Shown: piece by piece, positions 41,131 to 51,266 of the stretch | How positions within the stretch are numbered: the first letter of the stretch is position 1 | Layout: the number at the start of each line of letters is the position of its first letter | IMG/VR virus record: IMGVR_UViG_3300031992_000070 | Span: 1-64,000 of that record | From: a virus | Taxonomy: Duplodnaviria > Caudoviricetes | Direction: 5' to 3' (one strand) | DNA length: 64,000 bases | Notes under the pieces: model-generated | Databases searched by the model: none | What the model saw: the letters and a program-made list of their open reading frames with translations, nothing else | Told to the model about the DNA's origin: nothing | Program-made: the position numbers and the translations under genes

Positions 41131-42900
41131 TTACTTTACAAGTGACTTAAATGCCTTGTGGTACTTTGTAGTACCTTCGACTCTGTTTGCAATGATGCGG
41201 ACATCCTGCTGTGACCAACCACCGCACAATCCGTATGTAAGACATTCCTTGTCTGACAACCCCATCTCCTGAAAAGCCTTGATAGCCTTGCTTGCGCGTG
41301 GACTTGCGGTGTACGTGAGGTCGGCAGCATCGAGAGCCTTGCGGACATCCTTCATAAATGCCACAAGTTCTTTGTCATCGCGAGCCATCTGCATATCCTG
41401 TTTGTCGGTGTAGTCGATTGCAACTGGCGTGTATCTATCGAGCGTAGACGCATCCAACTCAAATCTGGCGTGGTATTTCTTGTCACCACCCCAACCTGCC
41501 GTGTTGTCGGCTGCAATGATGTGGAAATCGGGGTGTGCTGTCAACATCCCGACCTTCGGGAAGTTGTACCAAAGGTTAGCAAGCATAGAGTTGAATGCCA
41601 CCTGAACCTCTGCTGATGTCGTGGATGCCTCATCGAAGAGGAATATGCCACCCTCCTTGGCTGCCTTGTAGAACACCGTCTGAACCAACTCTCCCATAGC
41701 ATCCGTATAGCCTTCCAACTCATATTTCTGCTGCAATGAACTAACGGAGTAGAACGGCAACCCAAGGTGGTCGGCAATCTGCTTGCACAATGTTGACTTA
41801 CCTGAACCCGCTGGACCGAACAACCAAGGATAACGCCCAATGGCTCTATCGTTCACAACCATATTCAGAACCAGATTGAATAAAGGATGCAATGTTTCAT
41901 CCTTTGCTTCCTTGACCGCCTTAATTTTGCGAGCCTTGACAGGGTCTGACTTTTCCAACTTGTCAAACTCGTCGCGGACAATCTTCCTGATTGCATCCTC
42001 ATCAACGTCACCACCCTTGCTCTTCGTGCGAGCCTGACGCAATGCCTCTGCAATCGCCTTGGCGGTCTCATCTATATTGTCATCATCCTCTTGAGGTGCG
42101 GCCTCATCCTCGGTCTCTTTCTCGGCTTTTTCAACACCCTTCTTGGATGCCGTGCGACCCGCGCCCTTTGCTGGTGCCTTCGGTGCTTCTGGCATTGGCT
42201 CGCCATCGCCATCGCTCTCGCTCTCGGTAGACCCGCCATCGGTGCTCTCCGTACCACTAGAACCATTACCATCGCTCTTGGCATCGCTCTCGGTGTTTGC
42301 ATCGGCATTTTCGTTGTTGCCGTTGCTGCTGCTTGACTTGTCACCCTTGTACTCATCATCTACAACCTCCACAGAGTAACCCTTCTTGATAAGCTTGGAC
42401 ATCACCCTCTTGAGCATATCGGCTGAGAAACTGATGCTACCGTCTACTCGAACGTCAATACCCGTTGCGTCGCTGACGAGGCTTGAATCCCCGTCGAACG
42501 TCACATAATCATTACCATCCCTGACGAGGAAAATGGTGTTGCCGTCGAATGATTTTGAATGCGTCCACACAACGCGAGCGGAGTCTGGTGCCTGCTGCGG
42601 GTGCGGCATATCACTCTTCGGTGCTTCCTGACGTGGTGCGCGTGCCTTGCGCTCCTGCTTACTCTCTCCTGCACCCTTGACGGGTACGATAAAGTTCCAA
42701 CCATCCTCGGTGTCCAAGAGGTACTTCGTGTACGCACCAGCCTCCTCGTGGCCGATGACCTTGACGTGATACTTTTCGCACCACTTTACCTTGGGTTCTG
42801 ACTTACTCAAATAATACGCTGTGCCATTACGGAACACACCATTACTGATTTCAACTCTCTCCTGTGTAGCGATGTTTGCTACGACTAACTTGTTTGCCAT
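41131..42900 (-). CDS. MoxR/CbbQ (CobS-like) AAA+ ATPase with MutS-domain-I-like module and acidic linker
   Basis: GPAGSGKS Walker A, FLFDE Walker B, IAADNT, LDASTLDRY. Confidence 0.85.
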   Translation of the reverse strand: MANKLVVANIATQERVEISNGVFRNGTAYYLSKSEPKVKWCEKYHVKVIGHEEAGAYTKYLLDTEDGWNFIVPVKGAGESKQERKARAPRQEAPKSDMPHPQQAPDSARVVWTHSKSFDGNTIFLVRDGNDYVTFDGDSSLVSDATGIDVRVDGSISFSADMLKRVMSKLIKKGYSVEVVDDEYKGDKSSSSNGNNENADANTESDAKSDGNGSSGTESTDGGSTESESDGDGEPMPEAPKAPAKGAGRTASKKGVEKAEKETEDEAAPQEDDDNIDETAKAIAEALRQARTKSKGGDVDEDAIRKIVRDEFDKLEKSDPVKARKIKAVKEAKDETLHPLFNLVLNMVVNDRAIGRYPWLFGPAGSGKSTLCKQIADHLGLPFYSVSSLQQKYELEGYTDAMGELVQTVFYKAAKEGGIFLFDEASTTSAEVQVAFNSMLANLWYNFPKVGMLTAHPDFHIIAADNTAGWGGDKKYHARFELDASTLDRYTPVAIDYTDKQDMQMARDDKELVAFMKDVRKALDAADLTYTASPRASKAIKAFQEMGLSDKECLTYGLCGGWSQQDVRIIANRVEGTTKYHKAFKSLVK

Positions 42901-42930
42901 AATTCTAAATGTTTTTTAAATTAATACTTA

Positions 42931-43637
42931 TTACTTATTGAACTCGATTTCACTGATGCTTATATCCGCAATATCGTCTTGCGGATACTGACTGTTTGAA
43001 AGGTTTACGCACGCATCCATTAACGCCTCGTCTACATTGTAACCCTCGCCTACCTGTGTAAAGGTCACACCTGTGACCAATAACACCTTAAAGAAATACT
43101 TTTTCATAACTCATTTGTTTTTTTTACTGATTAATACTTAACTTATAGATACAAGCGACGCAACCAAACATCGCGCCGCACAAAATTGTTCCTGCTAACA
43201 TATTTACCCCTCCTGCATTAAAAGGTAAATACTCGCCATCAAATTGGCACGATAACACTCTGAATCCTCGACGCTGAATTTTTCGTCTGCTAAATAATAC
43301 TCTTTCATTGCTTTGCTTTTGATTAATACTACTTTCCTGATTAAACTCGCTTTGCCTTGCATACGCACGTAATACGGCTACCATCAAAACGTCTTGTCGT
43401 TATCATTGTGCCGCAAGTACCTGCCTTTTCCTTTGAAAAACTATTCTTAGCACGTTTTGGCGTTCGTACACCCTTGCAAGATGCAAAAATACCATCCGTT
43501 CCAAGCCGTTCCAAGTCACGCATACATAATGCGTAATTGCTTAAACGCTGTCGGTTCGGGCGGTGTTGATAGTGGTCGTTCCCACCCTTTGCTGCAATTG
43601 CGCCCAATTCTGGGCAAAGTTGTGCCAAAGTTGCCAT
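42931..43637 (-). CDS. Small early ORFs (42931-43107, two peptides near 43124-43310, 43341-43637)
   Basis: Hand-translated; each preceded by an AAGTATTAATC-type start region. Confidence 0.5.
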
Positions 43638-43655
43638 AGTTATATGCTTTTGATT

Positions 43656-43729
43656 AATACCGACACCCCACCGCCAAGCCGAGAAAGTGAGGTGTTTCGT
43701 CGCAATTTTCAGCGACTCATCGGGGTATC
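43656..43729 (-). ncRNA. Type I hammerhead ribozyme (CCGAUGA core variant)
   Basis: Stem I GATACC/GGTATT, CCGATGA, stem II GTCGC/GCGAC, GAAA, stem III CACCTCAC/GTGGGGTG, GUC cleavage triplet. Confidence 0.85.
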
Positions 43730-43742
43730 TTAAATCGTAGAT

Positions 43743-44384
43743 TTACTTTTTGAGAGCCTTGAACCAACGGCTATCCTTACGGATAACCTTTGTCCATTCG
43801 GGTTTCTGAGCCGTTCCACAATTGATGTAACCTTCGGTTAAAGCCTCGGCTTTGGCGATTGCTTTAGCAACCCTTGCCGTCCATTTGCCGTATTCGGCAC
43901 ACTGAGCCAAACCATCGACAACTACATCCGTAGTTGGGGCAATGTGCTTTTTCTTGTCGAAGTTCTTGTCGGTTTCCGACAAGATAGTGCGCTTTTCGTA
44001 GACCGAAACTCTCGAATAGTCGCCACTCTCCTTGAGAGTGTAGAGGGTGTAGTCCTTGCCACCTACCTCTACGAGGTAAGCAACTGACTTGAACATCATC
44101 GGGTTGTTGTTCTCGTCAATAAGTCCAAAGGACTTACCAATGTTCTTGTCGAAGCAACCATACCAAGCCGTGAAGAAATCGGCTGCCTTAAGAGTTGCTA
44201 AACTCTTAACGTGAACACCGAGGACGTTCATTGCCTTAAGGCAAGCCTTACCCTGAGCATCGTTGATAGGCATTGTAAATGCCTTGGCGGTCTGGTTCCA
44301 AGTGTGGGCAACACTCTTAAGAGTGTTCTTGGCGTTCTTGACGGTGTTGTTCTTGCGTGTGTTGTTACTTTTACGTGTTGTCAT
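43743..44384 (-). CDS. First early-operon protein, hypothetical
   Basis: Real start probably MTTRKSNN at 44384. Confidence 0.65.
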   Translation of the reverse strand: MTTRKSNNTRKNNTVKNAKNTLKSVAHTWNQTAKAFTMPINDAQGKACLKAMNVLGVHVKSLATLKAADFFTAWYGCFDKNIGKSFGLIDENNNPMMFKSVAYLVEVGGKDYTLYTLKESGDYSRVSVYEKRTILSETDKNFDKKKHIAPTTDVVVDGLAQCAEYGKWTARVAKAIAKAEALTEGYINCGTAQKPEWTKVIRKDSRWFKALKK

Positions 44385-44450
44385 AAAATGCGGCTTAACC
44401 GATGTTGCCGTAGGGCTGAAATGATTAATACTCAAAAAACTTGTTTTTTG

Positions 44451-45010
44451 TGGACTTTCGGGAGTCGAACCCGAATCCAATATCGAAGATATTGCGATGT
44501 CCGCCACCAACATCATTGCCGCGATTTTCAATACTCCGTATTGAAGTGCTATCCGTAGAAGCCCTTGCCCCAAATTCATCAATGCTACGCATTGCCAAGT
44601 ATGCCGCGAATTTTGCCTTGGAGACTAATGCTACCTTGCATCAAACCAAAGGTTTGTCGGTATGTTCCTCCCGATTGGCTACTCTAAAGAGTAGTTGCTC
44701 AATCCAAGTCCGCTTTTACGCCAACCCTTTTGGGGTTGCATCTTTGTGAGGTTTCCCTTAAAGGGAAAAATGCTTGTGGCTACCTCACGATGCCTTACTA
44801 CTACGTAGTAACTGGCGGCTCTCTCTCGATGCTTTGCATTTCCGTTTGACACCCCTTTTCCCCTAAAGGGGAAGTGTCGCACCGCTATCGGTTCGGTGGG
44901 TTGTTCAAAATTTCAAAGAAATTTGGGTTGGCTATTCCCGTAGGTTGCTATATCTTTGCCGTAGCGATTAGTGAACCATCAACATCTGACCGCTGTCGTT
45001 TGATGTTGAC
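44451..45010 (-). ncRNA. Long structured leader/ncRNA ending in a tRNA-like T arm and acceptor
   Basis: Promoter GACCTTTG at 45015-45022; many hairpins; TCGGG-TTCGACT-CCCGA-AAGTCC-A at the 3' end. Confidence 0.6.
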
Positions 45011-45059
45011 GATGCAAAGGTCGGAAATATCTGGCAAACTACAAATCATTTTAACAATT

Positions 45060-46200
45060 AATTTTTGTCTAAACAAGCAAAATCTTCGGAAAAGCCTTTA
45101 AATAAAGGAGTTTTAGGCAATCAAAAAGACTCTTTTTTATGTTAAATTCTAAATAATTTCGACTATAATGCTCTGAAACACCTTTAAACACTATACTTTC
45201 AAGCATTTCGTTAAAGTAAAAGTTTAAGGTATTATGATAAATAGATACCAAAAATAAGCGTTTTTAGTGAAAATATCTTTAGTAATCTTAATTTTTTTTG
45301 GAATAAATATACCGCATAAATATTCATTTTTGTATTAGTGTAATAGTAAGATAGTACACTTAAAATTGTAAAGAAAAAGTCAATTTAGACAATTTCTAAA
45401 TATAGAATTTTCTAAATAAGTATATATCTATAATATACTCTTTAAATAGATTATTTATTTAGATTATTTCTAAATAAGATAGTACTTTAATTATCTGATA
45501 GTTTAACTAAAGTATAGTATAGAAATAGAATATAATTATAAATAAGGCTAAAATAAACTTTAATAAAAAGCCGTAAATAATTGAATATCAATAAGATACG
45601 ATAGATAATAATACGTCAAAAATAGCAATAAATAACGAACGTTATATAAAAATATTTGAATATTACAAAATATTCGTAATTGTCTGAAAACCAATAAGGT
45701 ACGCCAAAGTTATTTGACTGAAATGTAAAGAAATAGTCGGGGGAGGGGGTTAATTCGCGCCCCAATGACAGGGTGCAAACGCCCCTGTTTTCAAAAAAAG
45801 AAAATTTTAAAAATAAAAAATTTAAAACGCGAAAAAAGAAAAAACGAAAATCTGAAACCGAAAAAGAAAAAAAACGCGAGAAAAAAATCTGAAAAAGTGG
45901 GAAAATCAAGATTTAGTGTCTTGTGTGTTGGTGTATTATGTTGTTAGATTCGTTTTAAGGCACTTTTTAGGCTTTCTGGCGGGTTTTTACCTATTTACCT
46001 TATAACTTATCCACTTTGATGAAATTCGTGGCTTAGAACGGCTTAAAATGCGTTGTTGTTATTCTGGTATAAGAATTATTATGCTTTTGCGGTACGATAA
46101 AAAGGGTTATTGCGAAAGTTACGCGCGTGCGTATGTGTGTATATAATAAATATACTTATTTAATAAGGGTACTTTTCAATAAGTGTAGTGATTTAATTGC
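45060..46200. other. AT-rich non-coding divergence region (candidate origin or packaging/terminal region)
   Basis: Gene strand switches here; palindromic repeats, G5AG5 tract and phased A-tracts. Confidence 0.55.
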
Positions 46201-46231
46201 CTAAAAACTTGCATATTTCAATATTTTTTAG

Positions 46232-46331
46232 TACCTTTGCAATGTAGGATAGTCAGGGGTCATGACCTGATGATAAGGGTAAAGCCAATCGCCCTTCCTA
46301 CATTTAACGAGGTTGGTAATTTTTGATTGGT
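46232..46331 (+). promoter_or_regulatory. Promoter (TACCTTTG) plus structured leader
   Basis: AATGTAGGA/TCCTACATT closing stem; same architecture as 7890-7995. Confidence 0.6.
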
Positions 46332-47084
46332 ATGAGAAGAACAAGAGAGCAGATTGTTGCAGAACAAGATGAAAGATTGTTATGGAACGGAAATAAGCGT
46401 AGGGAAGATTTTAGAAATCGCTACATTGAAAAGTTTAATGCTTTATATGGTGACAAATATGATTATCTTGATGCTGATTTTCACACACATAATGGTCTTA
46501 TTAATGTATTGTGTCCAGAACATGGTTTGTTTAAAGTGACCATACAACAGCATTTGCATGGCAAGGAATGTCCGAATTGCAAGCCTTGGAGAAAGAATCA
46601 AGTAAAAACAGAAAAAACAAGACCAAATGGTGTTGTTTTAAAAGAATTGGCTTACAATCGTATCAGCACACCTATTGATGCAGAAAAGAAAAATGAATTG
46701 TATATATTAAAAAAGATGCATCCATATATTTCTTCTCGTTCGGAAGGAGAAATATTAATAGCAAGGTATTTAGACAAAAACGACATAAAATATTATCGTG
46801 AATGGAAATTGCCTAATGAATACCTGCTAAACCCCCGCAATTATATGCTTGTTGATTTTTATTTGCCAGACCACAATACGTTTATTGAATTTAACGGTGT
46901 TCAACATTTCAAGCCGATAGGTTGGTTTGGAGGTAATGATGTTTTTAAAATGCAACAAGAACGTGATTATGGGCTAAGATTGTATTGTAAGGAACATGGC
47001 ATAAGGCTAATTGAAATTTCGTACAAAGATGTGGGAAAAATCGCGGAAATTTTGAAAACGAAAGTTAAAAACCTTAATAAGTAA
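46332..47084 (+). CDS. Putative homing endonuclease: Zn-binding repeat plus PD-(D/E)xK (Vsr/DUF559-like) nuclease
   Basis: INVLCPEHGLF..HLHGKECPNC; SEGE..IARYL..VDFYLPDHNTFIEFNGVQHF. Confidence 0.75.
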   Translation: MRRTREQIVAEQDERLLWNGNKRREDFRNRYIEKFNALYGDKYDYLDADFHTHNGLINVLCPEHGLFKVTIQQHLHGKECPNCKPWRKNQVKTEKTRPNGVVLKELAYNRISTPIDAEKKNELYILKKMHPYISSRSEGEILIARYLDKNDIKYYREWKLPNEYLLNPRNYMLVDFYLPDHNTFIEFNGVQHFKPIGWFGGNDVFKMQQERDYGLRLYCKEHGIRLIEISYKDVGKIAEILKTKVKNLNK

Positions 47085-47176
47085 CCTTATTTAGTTAATT
47101 TATTTGTTTAATAAGTGTACTTATATATATCTTTGCACTAAGTTTAACGTAAAACAAAAGAATTTATTAAGTTATT

Positions 47177-48190
47177 ATGACGAACAAAGTAAGTGATATT
47201 CCGCAGGAGCTGATGTCTAAGATGCGTCAGTCCTTTGAGGCCGAGCCGAAGATTCGCGAGTTGCGTGTCAACCAGCAGATGCTGATGCGTACTGGCAGGT
47301 ACGATGCCGCGTTGGCTGTCGCACAGAATGTAGAGGTTCTGTTCAACCGTGTTGTCTTTGAGTATCTGGAGAACGCGGAGAACGAGGTTGAGAAGATAGA
47401 CATAGCGACGATGGAGATGCCGACAGGTGACAAGGAGGACTTGATGCGTCATCTTCTTGTGTGTTTTATGTGTGCGGACATCATCAAGTCTTCGATACAG
47501 GATATGGACACGATTCTGCACCGCTACGACAAGACGATGTACATGGAAATGTTCAACGATATGCGTCAGGTGATGGATATGGCCGAGCAGAAGCTGAGTT
47601 ACTTGCAGCAGAACAGCGGCTACCTGAAAGACCTTGTATGGGGTGAGAAGTGCGACAATATGTACGATATAATGGTCAGCAAGGCTGGTTCTATTATGCG
47701 CAAGATGAAAGATGACCCGAACTGGGGTAAGAATACGGAAAAGTTCAATGAAAAGAAATAGAGCCTTTCTAAGCGCGTTAAAAGTCCTTTGTGGTAACTT
47801 ATACCGCTTTGGCATTGAAATGCGCCCTATGGGCTTAAAAAGTGGCAAAAACAACGTTTAACGATAAACAATAGGATTATGATTAACAGAGAGTACGAGA
47901 GAATTGCCCCTTGGAAGAAGGAGCTGTCTATGAAAATTGGGCTTTACGGCCTTAGTGACTTACGCAAGCTCGCCCCTATCGGGGATTTGGGCTACGAGAA
48001 CGGCTGGTACTGGGACTATATGGGTCGCAAGGGATGGTTCTACGGCGATATGGAGAAAGCGGTTATGCGCGCTTTCCATGAGCAGGGCTTCAAGTTCGAC
48101 AAAGGGTGGAGTACGGGCTACCTAAAGACCGACCACCACAGCTTATGCACGGAGTTAGGTTTGTCTTACAGTGTTGACAGCGGTGACTGA
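47177..48190 (+). CDS. Two hypothetical ORFs (47177-47761, 47879-48190)
   Basis: Promoter TATCTTTG at 47128-47135. Confidence 0.6.
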
Positions 48191-48350
48191 TATGCGTATT
48201 GTCAAGAAAGTGGGCTTTGGCGGCTAGGATGGTGAGTCGTGGACGAGTTATCTTGTCTTTGGCAGGTTCTGGGTTCACGTCAACCGTCGCCGCCGTTGGC
48301 CTTTCGTTAGTTTCAAGGAAATACCGTTTTAAAAATTAAATATTATAGTT

Positions 48351-48719
48351 ATGGATATTACAGGTACAGTAGTTACAGTCTTGCCCGAACAGCGTTTCAA
48401 CGGCAAGAATGGTGAGGTGGTAAAGAATCAGTTTGTCATCGAGCACGGCGGTCAGTACAAGAAGAAAGCCGTCTTTAGTGTTCTTGGCGAGGACAAGTGG
48501 AAACAGATGAATGTTGTGCAGGATGCGGATGTGCAGGTGTCATTTGACGTTGATGCCCGCGAGTGGAATGGCAAGTGGTTTGGCGAACTGATGGCGTGGC
48601 GCGTGCAGAATATCAGCGGCCAGCAGCAGGCATCCGCAAGTGCAAGTCAAACACCTGCACCGCAGGCACAGATTCCGCAGGACGGCTCACATGTGGACGA
48701 TGAGAACCTGCCTTTTTGA
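48351..48719 (+). CDS. DUF3127 OB-fold ssDNA-binding-like protein
   Basis: MDITGTVVTVLPEQ..VSFDVDAREWNGKWF..AWRV; acidic DDENLPF tail. Confidence 0.85.
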   Translation: MDITGTVVTVLPEQRFNGKNGEVVKNQFVIEHGGQYKKKAVFSVLGEDKWKQMNVVQDADVQVSFDVDAREWNGKWFGELMAWRVQNISGQQQASASASQTPAPQAQIPQDGSHVDDENLPF

Positions 48720-48751
48720 ATATTGGGTGAACAGACTAAAGTCTTTAGGAT

Positions 48752-49081
48752 ATGTCGAAACAACGTAACGAAACGCTTCAAGCCCTGTGCCGCGACTATC
48801 TGTTGCGGTTGCGGTACATGGCAAAGAAGCACGGCATTGACGTGGATTCTATCATTCGTGCCAACAGGCGCAGCGAGTGCGAAGCCACGCAGAAAGAGGT
48901 AGAGATGCTTGCACGTTGTGTTGACGATGAGCGCATTTCACGCACGGACATACCGAAGCTGCTTGGTGAATCATACCGTCAGAGCGAAAGCAGCGGTGTG
49001 TTCGACAGGATAAAGAAACTGCGTCGCGTCGGTATCTATTCAAAGGTTAGTGCATTGATTTACAAAAACAGAAGAAAATAG
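48752..49081 (+). CDS. Hypothetical protein
   Basis: 109-aa ORF. Confidence 0.55.
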   Translation: MSKQRNETLQALCRDYLLRLRYMAKKHGIDVDSIIRANRRSECEATQKEVEMLARCVDDERISRTDIPKLLGESYRQSESSGVFDRIKKLRRVGIYSKVSALIYKNRRK

Positions 49082-49083
49082 TT

Positions 49084-49923
49084 ATGGAATATACAAAAGA
49101 ACATCCGTTAAGAGTTGTGACTCTTTGTTCTGGCTATGATAGCCAGTGTCTTGCACTTGAGCGTCTAAAGGCTTATTATCAAGATTTTGATTATGAGCTT
49201 ATCGCTTGGTCAGAGTTTGACCCAGAAAGCACAACGCCGCTTGAAAAGCAGCCTGCCGTAGTTGCACACAATGCATTGTTTCCGCAGTGGGCTGACAGGA
49301 ATTTGGGTGATATGACAAAGATTGACTGGACCAAAGTTGATGATTTTGATTTGTTGTTCTATTCGACTCCCTGTCAGAGCATTTCGTCAGCAGGCTTGCA
49401 GCACGGATTTGTGGAGGGTAGCGGCACAAGGTCAAGTATTATCTGGAACGTGCGTGATGCCGTCAAGGAGAAACGGCCTAAATTTCTTTGTCTTGAAAAC
49501 GTGAAAGCGATGGTCAGCGGCAAGTTCGTGGGGATGTTCAATCTTTGGCAGAACGAGTTGGAAAGGCTTGGTTACGCAAACTTTGCACAGGTGTTGAATA
49601 GTAAGGATTATGGTGTTCCTCAGAACCGTGAAAGGATTTTCTTGGTCTCCATCCGCATAGATGATGAGTCGCCAAAATACAATTTCCCGAAACCATTCCC
49701 GCTTGAAAGGAAACTGAAAGATGTGCTTGAGGACAGTGTTGATGAGAAATACTATTTGTCTGATGAGCGTGTGGAAGGGTTGTTGAATAGCACACAAAAG
49801 GAGTCCGAGCGCGGCAACGGTTTTGCTTTTAGTCCTACCGATGGCAATGGCGATGCTCATGCCATAAAGACGCAGGATGGTAGTCGTAAAACCGATAATT
49901 TCCTGTTTGATGATTATGAGTAA
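49084..49923 (+). CDS. dcm: DNA cytosine-5 methyltransferase, N-terminal part (motifs I-VIII)
   Basis: LCSGYDS, YSTPCQ, LENV, PQNRERIF. Confidence 0.9.
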   Translation: MEYTKEHPLRVVTLCSGYDSQCLALERLKAYYQDFDYELIAWSEFDPESTTPLEKQPAVVAHNALFPQWADRNLGDMTKIDWTKVDDFDLLFYSTPCQSISSAGLQHGFVEGSGTRSSIIWNVRDAVKEKRPKFLCLENVKAMVSGKFVGMFNLWQNELERLGYANFAQVLNSKDYGVPQNRERIFLVSIRIDDESPKYNFPKPFPLERKLKDVLEDSVDEKYYLSDERVEGLLNSTQKESERGNGFAFSPTDGNGDAHAIKTQDGSRKTDNFLFDDYE

Positions 49924-50776
49924 GGTGAAAGTTCCGCTTAACACTGATGTTGATGGTTGCTGTATGACTATCAAGACAAGTTATAGTCGTATGACATACG
50001 CGAATTTCCTTGGTCACCAGCACGACGGTTATGCCGCAACTGCTATTTGTGAGTATGAAAGCGAATAAGGCAACTGGCGGCAAGAGGCTTGCATCAATGG
50101 TGTCCAAGATAGATAGGGCTTACCTTTGGATTGACACATACAATCAAAGGGTAGATGATATTGCTGGCACAATCAAGGCTCGTATTGACGGAAACTGTAT
50201 GTACTATGTAAGTGTTGAGAAATGAAAGATATGGATTGTTTCGGTCTAAGCCGTAGTAGAGACCACAAAGGCGTTATAGTTAAAAGGAGTCTTGTTCCTT
50301 ACACGAACTGTATTCACACAATGGTCGGTAGTGGCTGGAAAACAATGGAGGTTTTAGTGGTTGAGGTTTATGAAGAAAGTAATGTTTTATAACATAGATT
50401 CTGATGAATGTGCGAAAGCCATTCTCTCTGGCTGCTACAAGTTTGGTGTTGCCACGTTGCTGCGACCAGATGGTGCTACGATGACAAGCGTAATTGAGGT
50501 AGAGGATGAAAATAATATCGTGTGCAATGAGAAGTAGGTCGAGTGGCGACTGGCATTCATCCGAACACAGGCAGATACTTGAACTCGGAACGGACATATC
50601 CAATTCGGTCACAAGTGTTCAGAAAGACAGTTTAATATGCGAGATTTATGATTAGTTACATTATGCCAAACCCTCAAAAAAAATTTGGAGAATGGAGGTT
50701 GGATGCTAATATAGCACCATCTATACTATCCACAGATTACAAGTCTCCACCAATAATAGTAGAGTGTTATGAATAA
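49910..50776 (+). CDS. Six overlapping mini-ORFs encoding MTase variable-region-like modules (49910-50068, 50055-50225, 50222-50392, 50370-50537, 50506-50655, 50648-50776)
   Basis: Hand-translated; each starts at an ATGA inside the previous ORF. Confidence 0.65.
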
Positions 50777-51266
50777 TAACGAGTGTAAAATAAAAATAGT
50801 AGGCTATTACATTAAGCCGAATAGGCATAGACCAGCAAAAGGAGTCGTTTATAACGCAAGCGGTATTTCGCCATGCGTTACGGATTATTCCCTTGGTGGC
50901 AATCTTGTGCCTACGATTATAGTAGATGACCATTTAAAAAGCAAAACAAATATGGAACAGACAAAAAGTAGTAAAATCGAGTTGCCAGAAGAATTGAAAG
51001 GCAAAAAGTTCAGAATCAGGAAACTTACTCCAAGAGAGTGTTTTCGTCTAATGGGTGTTAATGATGCGGACATTGACAAGATGCAGGCTGCGGGCATTTC
51101 AAATAGCGGTCTTTATAAACTGGCTGGAAATAGTATTGTCGCTGGAGGTAACTATGTTGATTACAATGGAAACGTAGATGGTGTACTATTTAATCTCTTC
51201 CGCAAGATGTTTATCGAAACGGGAGTTGAGAAAAGCGAGGAGCCTCAACAATTAACATTGTTTTAA
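50769..51266 (+). CDS. dcm: DNA cytosine-5 methyltransferase, C-terminal part (motifs IX-X)
   Basis: RKLTPRECFRLMG and YKLAGNSIV. Confidence 0.88.
   Translation: MNNNECKIKIVGYYIKPNRHRPAKGVVYNASGISPCVTDYSLGGNLVPTIIVDDHLKSKTNMEQTKSSKIELPEELKGKKFRIRKLTPRECFRLMGVNDADIDKMQAAGISNSGLYKLAGNSIVAGGNYVDYNGNVDGVLFNLFRKMFIETGVEKSEEPQQLTLF

Noticed and set aside
44385-44582. N-terminal extension of the 279-aa ORF
   Set aside because: It overlaps the tRNA-like RNA; the A-rich start context supports ATG at 44384.
46266-46300. CTGATGA as a second hammerhead core
   Set aside because: No stem II-GAAA-stem III-UH arrangement follows; it is part of the endonuclease leader motif.
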